A DNA stretch of 64,000 nucleotides from Prochlorococcus sp. AG-418-K17 (lineage in GTDB: Bacteria > Cyanobacteriota > Cyanobacteriia > PCC-6307 > Cyanobiaceae), in the NCBI GenBank assembly GCA_003214055.1, contig QCMD01000005.1:802-64801 (forward strand). Direction: 5' to 3'. Position numbers and translations under genes: made by a program. The notes under the pieces are model-generated. The model ran no database searches. It saw only the letters and a list, made by a program, of their open reading frames with translations, and was not told the origin of the DNA. Shown one piece after another: positions 1 through 10,114 of the stretch; position 1 is the stretch's first letter; the number at the start of each line of letters is the position of its first letter.

Positions 1-57
1 TTCTAACCTTATGTACCTAAGGTGTGAAATTACTTCTTCTCTCTTAGTTGCAGTCAT
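1..57 (-). CDS. N-terminal part of a small conserved hypothetical protein, truncated by the window edge (MTATKREEVISHLRYIRLE...)
   Basis: Manual translation from ATG at 57; frame open to the window edge. Confidence 0.6.
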   Translation of the reverse strand, partial: MTATKREEVISHLRYIRLE

Positions 58-155
58 ATAAGCTTTTCAACAAAACCATTATACATTACCGTCATTTTTA
101 CAAAAATAATTTTACCTTTTAAATCTTGTTCTTATATTGATGTAGGATATTTATC

Positions 156-329
156 ATGAAGAAAAAAAGTCCCAAAAAGAGCCGTAATAAGACAACTAAT
201 AAAAAAAATGAATTAGGTCAAACAAAAAACTCGGCAAAATTGATTCTATTTATTTTTGGTATTGGTCCAATTATTGGGATAACAATATTTTTATATACTA
301 AAGGTTTTTTTAGTTCTCCTAGTATTTAG
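156..329 (+). CDS. 57-aa small membrane protein (basic N-terminus, one TM helix)
   Basis: Manual translation MKKKSPKK...LILFIFGIGPIIGITIFLYTKGFFSSPSI; below the ORF-track cutoff. Confidence 0.6.
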   Translation: MKKKSPKKSRNKTTNKKNELGQTKNSAKLILFIFGIGPIIGITIFLYTKGFFSSPSI

Positions 330-362
330 TCTAATAATTAGGACAAAATATGTTTAAAGCAA

Positions 363-566
363 TTAATGGAATCTTTTTAATGAAAATATTCGAAATTTGG
401 CTATCTTTCTAGCCATATCAATATTAGAAGCTACGAAAGGATGATCATTTAAAAGCTCAATAACCATCTCTATCTTTTCATTTAAATCATCACATTTCAC
501 CTTTTGCCATTCTTCATCAAAAGAAATAGAAAAACTATCTGCATTGTTATAGAGTTTATCTTTCAT
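363..566 (-). CDS. Hypothetical protein, 67 aa
   Basis: ORF with protein-like composition and no competing ORF. Confidence 0.75.
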   Translation of the reverse strand: MKDKLYNNADSFSISFDEEWQKVKCDDLNEKIEMVIELLNDHPFVASNIDMARKIAKFRIFSLKRFH

Positions 567-788
567 AAAAAATGTTTAAATCAGAAAATACCTATAAGAA
601 AAATTGAACAATAAAAAGCAATTTAAAAAGAATAGGACTTTTATTTTCTTTTAAAAGATAAAATACAATAAAAAAGCTTTAAAATTTTGTTTTTTGCATT
701 TCTTTAACATCAGGTAAAGCAGATTTTTTTTAAAGAGTGGGCATCATGTACAGAAGTGTTACGATAATGACATATATTATTTAGTTTT

Positions 789-1157
789 ATGGAAAATAAA
801 ATCAAAAGGATAGGATATTTGCCAAGAAAAAGAGTTCTTGAAATAATTGATGAAATCTCCAAAAGTGAATCCATTAGTAGATCAAAAGTGGTTGGGATAT
901 TAGTTGAAGAAGCATTAGATGCTAGAGGAATTGCAAATTTTGGATATGGCAACATTAATAAATCACATTTATACCAATCGAATAATTTTAAAGATATACA
1001 AAATGAGAATTTTCATTTAAAAGATGCAGAAGATGAATTTGTAGATGATAGTGGTTACACAGTTTCATCTCACAAAAAATTAGATCGCTCAATATCTTCT
1101 GCAGATATAGAATTAGCAAATAAAATTAATATTCTTAAAGAATCTGGACTAATATGA
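789..1157 (+). CDS. Hypothetical protein with N-terminal ribbon-helix-helix (CopG-like) DNA-binding pattern
   Basis: KRIGYLP...LEIIDEISKSESISRSKVVGILVEEAL resembles the beta-alpha-alpha RHH fold. Confidence 0.65.
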   Translation: MENKIKRIGYLPRKRVLEIIDEISKSESISRSKVVGILVEEALDARGIANFGYGNINKSHLYQSNNFKDIQNENFHLKDAEDEFVDDSGYTVSSHKKLDRSISSADIELANKINILKESGLI

Positions 1158-1289
1158 ATTCTTTAAGTACTTATTTTATTTTTTAGTGCATAACCCTGAA
1201 TCATTGTTTATTCTTAGGCAAGAATAATATTCTTTTTTACATAATACGAATATTAAAACCCTTTCTTATATTAATTTTTCAATTAAAAA

Positions 1290-2609
1290 ATGAAAGATAT
1301 CAAATGCCCCTCTTGTGGTAAAACATTCCGAATTGATCCCAGCAGCTTTGAAGAAATACTTCTTCAAATAAAAGACGAAGAATTTAATAAACAAATAAAA
1401 GAAAGAATTCTATTGGCTGAAGAAGATAATAAAAAAGCTATGGAAATTTTAAAGCGAGAATTAAAAATACAATTAATAGAGCAAAACCGCGTTAAAGAGT
1501 CTGAGATTCAAGCTCTTGAATCAAAATTAAATGTCGCTGAAGAAAAAAAAGTAAATGCTATACATGACTTAAGAAATCAAGCAAACAATAAAATTAATTC
1601 ACTTAATAATGAATTAAATAAATTAAAAGATGAAATTAAAAACCAATCTTTAATCTCAGAATTATCATTAAAAAATAAAATTAATGAAGCTGTCAATAAT
1701 TTAGAAAAAGAAAACTCATTATTAACAACTTCTATTGAAAAGATGAAGCTTGAACAATCAATTAATGAAAAATTAATTGAAGAAAAGTTTAAAAACAAAA
1801 TCAGTGAAAGAGACCTCACTATTCAAGAGTTAAGAGAAATGAAATCTAAATTATCTACAAAAATGGTAGGAGAAACCTTGGAAATCCATTGCGAAACTCA
1901 ATTTAATCTTAATCGCGCTACCGCATTTAAAAATTCATATTTTGAAAAAGATAATGATGCCACTTCAGGAAGTAAAGGTGACTATATATTTAGAGAATTT
2001 GATAACAATAAAATTGAAATCGTATCGATAATGTTTGAGATGAAAAACGAAAGTTTAAATGGAACTAATAAAAGAAAAAACGAAGACTTTTTAAAAGAAT
2101 TAGATAAAGATAGAAGAGAGAAATCTTGTGAGTATGCAGTGCTCGTATCGCTTCTTGAGCAAGATAGTGAATTATATAATGCAGGTATAGTTGATGTATC
2201 GCATAGATTCCCAAAAATGTATGTCATAAGACCACAATTCTTTTTGCCAATTATTTCTTTGCTAAGAAATGCATCTATGGAAACGTTAAAGTACAAATCA
2301 CAAATTGATTTAATGAAAAAAGAGAACTATGACATAACAAATTTTGAAAGTACTCTTGAGCAATTTAAAAATGCAGTTGGTAAAAATGTTTCACTAGCCC
2401 AAGACAGATTTAATGATGCAATTTCAGAAATAGAAAAATCTATATCCCATTTACAAAAAACAAAGGAGGCTTTAATTCTTTCAAAAAAACACCTTTTATC
2501 AGCTGACAGCAAATCTCAAGATTTAACAGTAAAGAAATTAACTAGAAATAACCCAACAATGAAAAAAAAGTTTAATGATATAAACAATTTTGAAGATGAA
2601 GTTGCTTAA
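1290..2609 (+). CDS. DUF2130-domain coiled-coil protein
   Basis: N-terminal IKCPSCG, long coiled coil, STKMVGETLE...KGDYIF...IMFEMKNE nuclease-like motifs. Confidence 0.85.
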   Translation: MKDIKCPSCGKTFRIDPSSFEEILLQIKDEEFNKQIKERILLAEEDNKKAMEILKRELKIQLIEQNRVKESEIQALESKLNVAEEKKVNAIHDLRNQANNKINSLNNELNKLKDEIKNQSLISELSLKNKINEAVNNLEKENSLLTTSIEKMKLEQSINEKLIEEKFKNKISERDLTIQELREMKSKLSTKMVGETLEIHCETQFNLNRATAFKNSYFEKDNDATSGSKGDYIFREFDNNKIEIVSIMFEMKNESLNGTNKRKNEDFLKELDKDRREKSCEYAVLVSLLEQDSELYNAGIVDVSHRFPKMYVIRPQFFLPIISLLRNASMETLKYKSQIDLMKKENYDITNFESTLEQFKNAVGKNVSLAQDRFNDAISEIEKSISHLQKTKEALILSKKHLLSADSKSQDLTVKKLTRNNPTMKKKFNDINNFEDEVA

Positions 2610-2705
2610 TCTAAAAATATAGGAAATTAATAATAGTTAAAATTGCAGTTAATTATTAATTAATAAATATAGTATTAGTAATAAATTACTTTGCAAAGAA
2701 AAATA

Positions 2706-2987
2706 ATGTCTATCAACACACCAATTTTTACTATTGCCAAAGAGCTTAATGTCGAAAGTAATAGAATATTATTAGCATGCAAGAAACTTGGAATCAATGC
2801 AAAAGGTTCAACAAAAAGATTAAATATGGAGGAATTAAAAAAAATTAAAAGTTATTTTGAAACTGGTAAAAATGTATCAGATGAAGTGATCAATTTAAAT
2901 AAAGTTAAAACCAAAAGCAGTTCTAAAAAAATTGCAGAAAAGGTTAAGATAAAATATTTTGCAAACAGACTTATTCGTAAATCTTAA
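2706..2987 (+). CDS. IF-2 N-terminal-domain-like small protein
   Basis: IFTIAKELNVESNRILLACKKLGI matches the IF2_N pattern; ATG at 2706 preferred over TTG at 2691. Confidence 0.75.
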   Translation: MSINTPIFTIAKELNVESNRILLACKKLGINAKGSTKRLNMEELKKIKSYFETGKNVSDEVINLNKVKTKSSSKKIAEKVKIKYFANRLIRKS

Positions 2988-3071
2988 ATAAAAATAATTT
3001 TTTCTAATTACTTAAAGGAATAATCCACAGAAGAAAAAAATAATAATTTATTATAAGTAAAAATACTCAAA

Positions 3072-3485
3072 ATGAGCATAAGTAAAATTTTAAATTCCCT
3101 TGAAAAATCTTGGGAAAGAGATGATATTCTTTTAAATTTAAAGAAGGGATTAGGAACAGATGAAATAGTTAATGAATTTCTTGTGAAAAACGAAAGACAA
3201 ATTAAAGAATTAAATTCATTATTAAGACCAGAAGATATTGATTTACTAAATCAAGTAGAACAACTCTCAACTTGTGAATCTAAATTAATAAATGAGATTA
3301 AAAATTTAAATTACCTAAAAAATAATGAAAATCATAACATTCTGAATCAGAAAAATATTGTGTCATCTAATAGAGTCTCTTCTAACAAAATTAGTTCATT
3401 CATGATTAATTGGAGTAACAAATTTGTAGTTATTGTTTTACTAACAATTTCAGCTATAGCTTTATCAAAACAAGCGTGGGCATAA
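3072..3485 (+). CDS. Hypothetical protein with C-terminal TM segment
   Basis: 137-aa ORF with hydrophobic C-terminus. Confidence 0.7.
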   Translation: MSISKILNSLEKSWERDDILLNLKKGLGTDEIVNEFLVKNERQIKELNSLLRPEDIDLLNQVEQLSTCESKLINEIKNLNYLKNNENHNILNQKNIVSSNRVSSNKISSFMINWSNKFVVIVLLTISAIALSKQAWA

Positions 3486-3520
3486 TTAGCTAAATTAACT
3501 TCATTGTAAGAGATGTAGTT

Positions 3521-4507
3521 TTGAGAACTAAACAAGAATATTTAATTAGATATAAAGATGGAAATCTTTATTGTGAACTTGCTGATATCTGGATTGATCC
3601 AAGCAAGCCAGTTAAAAAGGCATTAATAACTCATGCTCATTTTGATCACTTTACATTTGGATGTGAAGAATATATCTCTACTAAGGAAACTGCGATACTT
3701 CTTAAAGAAAGAGTTGGAGATAATATCAAAATTAAGACTTTTGAATATGGCGAAGAATTTAAGATAAATGGCATTAATATTTCTTTTCATCCATCCGGTC
3801 ACATCCTTGGATCTAGTCAAATAATGTTTATTTTTGCTGAAGAAAAATGGCTAATTTCAGGTGACTTTAAGCTTCAAAAAGATGAGACTTGCAAACAATA
3901 TAAAATAGTAAAAACTGATTATTTAATAAGCGAATGTACTTTTGGTTTACCAATATTTAAGTGGGATGAATCAAAAAAAATAGCAAATGATATTTCAAAA
4001 TGGATAACTAATTCACCAGAAAAAACTTCTTTACTTTTCTGCTATTCACTTGGAAAAGCTCAGAGATTGTTAAACGAAATTAGTCAAACAAATTTTAAAG
4101 GCAATATTTATTCCCATGGCAGTATTCATAAAATGAATAATTGTTATAAAAAACTTGGAATTGATATTAAAGATACTATTAAAATCGAAAATAAAAAAAA
4201 GATTGATGAACTTAAAGGAAGCCTAATATTATTACCGCCATCTTTAAGTAAGGGCTCTTATCTAAAAAATTTCAAAAATATTCAAACAGCTTTTGCGAGT
4301 GGATGGATGTCAATAAGAGCTTTAAGAAAAAGATCAGGATATGACAAGGGCTTCCCAATCTCTGATCATGCAGATTGGGATGGAATACTTGAAGTAGTAA
4401 AAAAGTCTGAAGCAAAAAACGTATTTTTTCATCATGGTGATAGTGAATCCATAAGTAAATATTTAATTGAAAAGGAATCAATAAATGTTCTTTTCTTCGG
4501 TAAATAA
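3521..4507 (+). CDS. Ligase-associated DNA damage response exonuclease (MBL/beta-CASP)
   Basis: ITHAHFDH, GHILGS, ECTFGLP, SDHADW motifs; operon context. Confidence 0.92.
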   Translation: MRTKQEYLIRYKDGNLYCELADIWIDPSKPVKKALITHAHFDHFTFGCEEYISTKETAILLKERVGDNIKIKTFEYGEEFKINGINISFHPSGHILGSSQIMFIFAEEKWLISGDFKLQKDETCKQYKIVKTDYLISECTFGLPIFKWDESKKIANDISKWITNSPEKTSLLFCYSLGKAQRLLNEISQTNFKGNIYSHGSIHKMNNCYKKLGIDIKDTIKIENKKKIDELKGSLILLPPSLSKGSYLKNFKNIQTAFASGWMSIRALRKRSGYDKGFPISDHADWDGILEVVKKSEAKNVFFHHGDSESISKYLIEKESINVLFFGK

Positions 4508-4509
4508 AT

Positions 4510-6150
4510 ATGAGCTTAAATAACTTTTCAAAATTATTTGTAGATTTAGATTCAAGTAACAGTACAAATAATAAAATTGAATATTTAAAGAATTACTTTT
4601 TATCTAATGATCCAATAGATAATTCATGGGCGATATATTTGCTGACTGGAAAAATTAATAAGAGATTTATTAGCGGAAGATATTTAAAAAATCTTTTTTC
4701 TCAAATATATGAATATCCTGAATGGTTAATTGATACATGTTATTTAAAAGTTGGTGACTCTGCAGAGGTAATAACGTTATTACTTAAAAATAAAAGTACT
4801 TCCAGAAAAAAGAAATTATCAAATATAAGTCTCAATGAATTACTAAGCAAAACAATACCTGATTTATCAAAACTTAATGAGGAGGAAAAAAATTTTAAAA
4901 TTAAAAATATGTGGGAAACATTACCTGAAGATAACCATCTAATTTTCAATAAAATTCTTACAGGAACGTTTAGAGTAGGAGTCTCTATCGGAATAATCAC
5001 AAAATCAATATCTAAACTAATTAATATTGATGAAGAGATTATTTCCCATAGGTTGATGGGGAATTATGAGCCTTCAATTGATTCATATAAGTTGTTAGTT
5101 AACAAGAATATTAATCTTCAAGAGTTAAATTCCAAACCATTTCCATTTCTACTAGCGAATACTATTGAAGATAAAATCTTCAAACATTCAATAAATGATT
5201 TTCAATTTGAATGGAAATACGACGGTATAAGGATGCAATTAATTAAAAGATCAGGCAATGTTTCGTTATGGACAAGAGGACAAGAATTAGTCAATGAATC
5301 TTTCCCAGAATTAGTAGAGAAAATGTCTCATATAAAAGATGATTTTGTTCTTGATGGGGAATTATTAGTTTGGAATTTTAAAGAACAAATTGCCTGTGAT
5401 TTTTCTTTACTTCAAAAAAGAATAAATAGAAAATCTCCTTCTAAATCAATCCAAATAAAATATCCAATTATCTTTATTGCTTATGATCTTTTAGAGATTA
5501 ATGGAAGAGATATAAGAGAAATTAAATTAGAAAATAGAAGAATTGAGTTAGAAAAATATTTTTCAAAATGGCAAAATAGAACTGCGAATAATATCTCTGA
5601 TATTTTCAAAATATGTGATTTAATTTTTCCTAAAGATTGGCCTGATGCTTTCACTTATAAAGAAAAATCTCGAGAAAATAATACTGAAGGATTAATAATT
5701 AAGAAAAAGACTTCTATATACTCCTCTGGTAGAAAGAAAGGTATTTGGTGGAAATATAAAGTTGATCCTATGCAACTGGATGCTGTTCTAATTTACGCTA
5801 AGGGCGGTAGCGGTAGAAGAGCTGGTTTGTATACAGATTACAGTTTTGCATTATGGAAAGAAAAAGAATTAATTAAATTTGCAAGTGCATATTCTGGTTT
5901 AACGAATATTGAGATTAAAGAGCTAGATAAATGGATAAGAAAAAATACAATCGAAAAATTTGGTCCTGTTCGATCGTTAAAACCAGAAATGGTATTCGAA
6001 ATATCTTTTGAGAAAATACAAACTTCTAAACGTCATAAGTCAGGCATAGCAGTACGATTTCCAAGAATAACAAAATGGAGAAAAGATAAAAAAATTAATG
6101 ATGCAGATAGCCTAGAGAATGCTTATGAACTAATGAAAAATATATCATGA
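4510..6150 (+). CDS. ATP-dependent DNA ligase (LigB-type, repair cluster)
   Basis: EWKYDGIR adenylation motif, LDGEL, EGLIIK, WWKYK, VRFPR. Confidence 0.95.
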   Translation: MSLNNFSKLFVDLDSSNSTNNKIEYLKNYFLSNDPIDNSWAIYLLTGKINKRFISGRYLKNLFSQIYEYPEWLIDTCYLKVGDSAEVITLLLKNKSTSRKKKLSNISLNELLSKTIPDLSKLNEEEKNFKIKNMWETLPEDNHLIFNKILTGTFRVGVSIGIITKSISKLINIDEEIISHRLMGNYEPSIDSYKLLVNKNINLQELNSKPFPFLLANTIEDKIFKHSINDFQFEWKYDGIRMQLIKRSGNVSLWTRGQELVNESFPELVEKMSHIKDDFVLDGELLVWNFKEQIACDFSLLQKRINRKSPSKSIQIKYPIIFIAYDLLEINGRDIREIKLENRRIELEKYFSKWQNRTANNISDIFKICDLIFPKDWPDAFTYKEKSRENNTEGLIIKKKTSIYSSGRKKGIWWKYKVDPMQLDAVLIYAKGGSGRRAGLYTDYSFALWKEKELIKFASAYSGLTNIEIKELDKWIRKNTIEKFGPVRSLKPEMVFEISFEKIQTSKRHKSGIAVRFPRITKWRKDKKINDADSLENAYELMKNIS

Positions 6151-8633
6151 AAAATATTACGAAAAATTATAAGCAAAATAATTTAATTTCTAAAATTAAA
6201 CAGTTTTTCTCCGCAAATGGATGGGAGCCACTACCCTATCAGATCGAATCTTGGGAAGCATTTTTAAATGGAGAGAGTGGAATTATACAAGTTCCTACTG
6301 GATGCGGCAAAACTTATGCTGCATTAATGGGACCTCTATCAAAGATAGAAGATCCCAAAAATAATAAAAGTGTCAATATATTATTAATAACCCCTTTAAA
6401 AGCACTAAGTAGAGATCTAAAAAATTCCATACAATGTGCAGCTTTGCATTTTAATAAAGAAATCACTGTTGAGATTAGGAACGGGGATACAACCCCATAT
6501 GAAAAGAAAAAGCAACTAGCTAAACCACCTAATATTCTTATTACCACTCCAGAGTCTTTATCTCTTTTACTTTCTAATAAAGAATCTAATAATCTGTTCA
6601 AGGAGTTGTCATCAATAATTATTGATGAATGGCATGAATTAATGGGTAGTAAAAGAGGAAACCAGTGCGAGTTATCTTTAAGTTGGCTAAGAGGTAATAT
6701 AAAAAATTTACAAATTTGGGCAATGTCTGCAACTATTGGAAATATTGAAGAAGCAGCAAGAGCAATAGTTGGGATGAGCGCTATTAAACCCAATATTATA
6801 AGTACAAATATTCAAAAAGAGATCGAAATTATAAGTGTTTTACCAGAGAAGGAAACTACCTTTCCATGGAGTGGGCATCTTGGGATTAGAAGTCATTCTT
6901 CACTATTAAAAATCCTAGATAAAAATAAAAGCACCTTATTATTCACCAATACGAGAAATCAATCTGAAAGATGGTATCAATGTCTTAAATTTTTTCTCCC
7001 AGAGATGGAAGACAAAATTGCACTTCATCACGGTTCCCTGGATAAAGAAGATAGAAAAAGAGTTGAAGAAGGGGTTAAAGATGGATTAATAAAATGGGTA
7101 GTCTGCACCAGCTCATTAGATTTGGGAGTTGACTTCCAACCTGTAGATCAAATAGTTCAAATTGGTAGTGCAAAGAATTTAGCTAGACTTATCCAAAGAG
7201 CGGGAAGAAGTGCTCATAGACCAGGTGGAAAATCAAAAATAATTTTTATGCCTACTAATTCTTTAGAGTTATTAGAGATTAGTGCAATGAGAAGAATAAT
7301 AAAAAGTGGTATATCTGAAGAAATTAGACTTCCTGAATTATCTTATGATGTGCTTCTACAACATCTAATAAGTTTGGCATGTGGCAATGGCTTTGATCCG
7401 AAAATTGAGAAAGAAAGAATTAAAAATTGCTGGAGTTATAGAAACTTAAAAGATCAAGATTGGGATTGGTGTCTTGACTTTTTAGAATATGGGGGAAAAT
7501 GTCTTAAAGCATACCCTAAATATAAAAAGATAGTTAAAGAAGAATCACAAAACAATAATGAAAACTTTAAATATTTTGTAAAAGACAAATCTTTAATAAG
7601 AATGCATAAGTTCAATATTGGGACAATTACAAGTGACAAATTTGTGAATGTCAAATATATGAAAGGTAAATCTTTAGGTAATTTAGAGGAGAATTTTGCT
7701 TCAAAATTAAATCCTGGGGATACATTTTACTTTGCTGGCAAAATGCTTCAGTTTATAAGAATAAGAGATATGATTTTATACGTTAAAAAATCAACAAAAA
7801 AAAGTTCTTTAATTCCTGCATGGGTTGGAGGTCAAATAGCAATTTCTGATCTACTTTGTGAGAGTTTGAGAAAAGAAATAGATATATGCAACGAACTAGA
7901 AAATTATGATTGCTTAAATCCTGAACTCAATTCATTACGTCCAATATTGAAGAAACAAAAAGTTCTTTCAAATATTCCAAAGAAAGATGAATTCCTTATA
8001 GAAATATATAAAACCAAGGATTTATCAAATCTTTTTGTTTTTACACTTGATGGCAAATTTGTAAATGAAGGAATTGCATTTTTATGGGCTTTGAGATTGG
8101 CAAAATTAAAACAATCTACATTTAGTATTACTGCTAATGATTTTGGATTCAGCTTAACTACTGCAGAAGATTATGATTTTTCCATAATAAAAAAAGAAGC
8201 TGATTTCTTTTTGAATAACAAAAAATTAGAAGAAGATCTAGAAAGTGCAATTAATTTTTCAGAATTAACAAAACGTAGATTTAAAAATATTGCTCAAATA
8301 AGTGGACTAGTAAATCAAAATAATCCAACCAAAACAAAAACTTCTTCCCAACTTCAAATAAGTTCAAGTCTTTTCTATGATGTCTTTACTAAATTTGAAG
8401 AAGACCATCTTTTGATAAAACAATCGCATCAAGAAGTTAAAGAATATCAATTAGAAAATAAAAGAATATCTAGATCATTAGAAAGATTAAAAAATTTAAA
8501 AATGCTACTAAACGAGATAAAAACTCCAACTCCTTTTGCTTTCCCATTACTAGTTGAAAGACTTAAAAATACTTTAAGCAATGAGCCAATAGAAAAAAGA
8601 GTAGAAAAACTTATAAAAAAATATAGTGATTAA
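6147..8633 (+). CDS. Ligase-associated DEXH-box helicase (Lhr-core)
   Basis: PTGCGKT, DEWHE, SAT, HHGSL, TSSLDLGVD, QRAGRSAH; ATGA overlap with the ligase gene. Confidence 0.95.
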   Translation: MKNITKNYKQNNLISKIKQFFSANGWEPLPYQIESWEAFLNGESGIIQVPTGCGKTYAALMGPLSKIEDPKNNKSVNILLITPLKALSRDLKNSIQCAALHFNKEITVEIRNGDTTPYEKKKQLAKPPNILITTPESLSLLLSNKESNNLFKELSSIIIDEWHELMGSKRGNQCELSLSWLRGNIKNLQIWAMSATIGNIEEAARAIVGMSAIKPNIISTNIQKEIEIISVLPEKETTFPWSGHLGIRSHSSLLKILDKNKSTLLFTNTRNQSERWYQCLKFFLPEMEDKIALHHGSLDKEDRKRVEEGVKDGLIKWVVCTSSLDLGVDFQPVDQIVQIGSAKNLARLIQRAGRSAHRPGGKSKIIFMPTNSLELLEISAMRRIIKSGISEEIRLPELSYDVLLQHLISLACGNGFDPKIEKERIKNCWSYRNLKDQDWDWCLDFLEYGGKCLKAYPKYKKIVKEESQNNNENFKYFVKDKSLIRMHKFNIGTITSDKFVNVKYMKGKSLGNLEENFASKLNPGDTFYFAGKMLQFIRIRDMILYVKKSTKKSSLIPAWVGGQIAISDLLCESLRKEIDICNELENYDCLNPELNSLRPILKKQKVLSNIPKKDEFLIEIYKTKDLSNLFVFTLDGKFVNEGIAFLWALRLAKLKQSTFSITANDFGFSLTTAEDYDFSIIKKEADFFLNNKKLEEDLESAINFSELTKRRFKNIAQISGLVNQNNPTKTKTSSQLQISSSLFYDVFTKFEEDHLLIKQSHQEVKEYQLENKRISRSLERLKNLKMLLNEIKTPTPFAFPLLVERLKNTLSNEPIEKRVEKLIKKYSD

Positions 8634-9284
8634 ATGAAAAAAAGTTCTTTTAATTTTTGTTGGGAAGATACATTGTTAGAGATGCTTCCTTCAAGAGCGT
8701 TATTTCTACCGGAAACAAAAGAGTTGTTAATATGCGATATTCATCTTGGGAAAGCTGAGTATTTTCAGCAAAATGGTATACCTCTTACTAATAATTCAGA
8801 TAAAAACAATTTTGAGAGAATAAAAAAAATAGTAAAAAAATATTGTCCTGAAAAGTTAATAATATTAGGAGATTTATTCCATAGCAAATATTCAATAGAT
8901 AAAACTCTTCAAAAAAAAGTTGAGGATCTTCCTGAACTACTAAAAACTAACGTTGAACTAGTCCTAGGAAATCACGATATAGGTTGCAATATTAAAAATA
9001 TTCAAATTTTTGATATTAGAAAAACTAAAAATATTACTTTTAGTCATGAACCAGTTAATTTAGAAAACAATAAAACCTTGAATATTTGTGGACATTATCA
9101 TCCAAAAATCTATATAAAAAACAATGGAGATAAATTATCATTTAGGTGCTTTGCAATGGATATCAATAAAAATGTTTTATATCTGCCTGCATTTGGAGAC
9201 TTAACAGGAGGATATCCCTGCAAAAAGTCATTTAAAAAATGGGCAATTATTTCTGAAGAAGAAATTATCGAAATAAAATCTTAA
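8634..9284 (+). CDS. pdeM: Ligase-associated metallophosphoesterase/endonuclease PdeM (MPE)
   Basis: DIHLGK, GDLFH, GNHD, HEP, GHYHP, PAFG motifs. Confidence 0.9.
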   Translation: MKKSSFNFCWEDTLLEMLPSRALFLPETKELLICDIHLGKAEYFQQNGIPLTNNSDKNNFERIKKIVKKYCPEKLIILGDLFHSKYSIDKTLQKKVEDLPELLKTNVELVLGNHDIGCNIKNIQIFDIRKTKNITFSHEPVNLENNKTLNICGHYHPKIYIKNNGDKLSFRCFAMDINKNVLYLPAFGDLTGGYPCKKSFKKWAIISEEEIIEIKS

Positions 9285-9487
9285 GTAAAAACCTTTCAAA
9301 TGAATTATTTTTTTCATCTAGATATAATATTTGATACTTAAAATTCCCGATTAATATCCTTTCCAATTAATTTATAAATATTATCCTATTTGAGAAAAGG
9401 AAAGATTTTTAAAAAGTATCTTCAGCCAGTGCTACTTCCTTTCGCAGACAATCCACGTTATAAAAAAAATAAACACATTTTATAGGA

Positions 9488-9790
9488 ATGAAAAAATTAA
9501 TAGCTTTTATTTTATTTCCATTTCTTATTATCCAAATTGGGACAGAAGCAAATGAGAATTTTTCTGTAGAGATAGAGGCCCTTACACTTGTAATGGAGCA
9601 ATATAAAGAAGATACCGAATCTAAAATTGAATTAGATGTAAATGAAAAAACTCCAAGTTACTTTGCTCTTAAACAAGACGAATGCAATGCAACCGTTGAA
9701 GTTACGGAAAAAACAGGCTTAGAAATTGTCAATACTGAATCTTTTGATGTGAATGTATGTAAGAAAGAAATCTATAAAATCATCAACTAA
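9488..9790 (+). CDS. Secreted acidic hypothetical protein
   Basis: Signal-peptide-like N-terminus, 100 aa. Confidence 0.7.
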   Translation: MKKLIAFILFPFLIIQIGTEANENFSVEIEALTLVMEQYKEDTESKIELDVNEKTPSYFALKQDECNATVEVTEKTGLEIVNTESFDVNVCKKEIYKIIN

Positions 9791-9813
9791 CTATACAGGC
9801 TTTAAAAATATAA

Positions 9814-9900
9814 TAAAAAAAACAAATTAAAGAGGTCTTTTACAAAAAGAAGGTGAGACCTCGAGACCTAACAGAAAACTTTGGAACGGGTTCTGCATAT
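9814..9900 (-). ncRNA. Candidate small RNA (two hairpins and a U-tail)
   Basis: GCAGAA/UUCUGU stem with loop CCCGUUCCAAA, then GAGGUCU/AGACCUC stem followed by a U-rich run; NtcA box upstream; ends approximate. Confidence 0.55.
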
Positions 9901-9931
9901 CCAATTAATAACTACAATTAAATTGTAGAGG

Positions 9932-9947
9932 TGTAATTAATAGTACA
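9932..9947. promoter_or_regulatory. NtcA binding site (activator position for the minus-strand RNA)
   Basis: TGTA-attaatag-TACA = GTA-N8-TAC; 22 nt further on the minus strand lies TATTAA(T), an imperfect -10. Confidence 0.65.
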
Positions 9948-9957
9948 AAAAATAAAA

Positions 9958-10104
9958 TTATTTCTTCTTTGATAAAGTTTGTGATTCTTCTCTGGACATT
10001 AAAGCCTCTATTTGAGCAAGAACTTTCTGAAGTTCATCCGTTTTTGTAAGAGATGCCTCTGCTACCTCTCTTAATTTTTCTAACTGTTCTTTAGTTTTAT
10101 CCAT
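9958..10104 (-). CDS. 48-aa coiled-coil microprotein
   Basis: MDKTKEQLEKLREVAEASLTKTDELQKVLAQIEALMSREESQTLSKKK. Confidence 0.7.
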   Translation of the reverse strand: MDKTKEQLEKLREVAEASLTKTDELQKVLAQIEALMSREESQTLSKKK

Positions 10105-10114
10105 GATAAATAAA

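Noticed and set aside
748-764. GTA...TAC upstream of ORF 789 as an NtcA site
   Set aside because: Spacer is 9 nt, not 8
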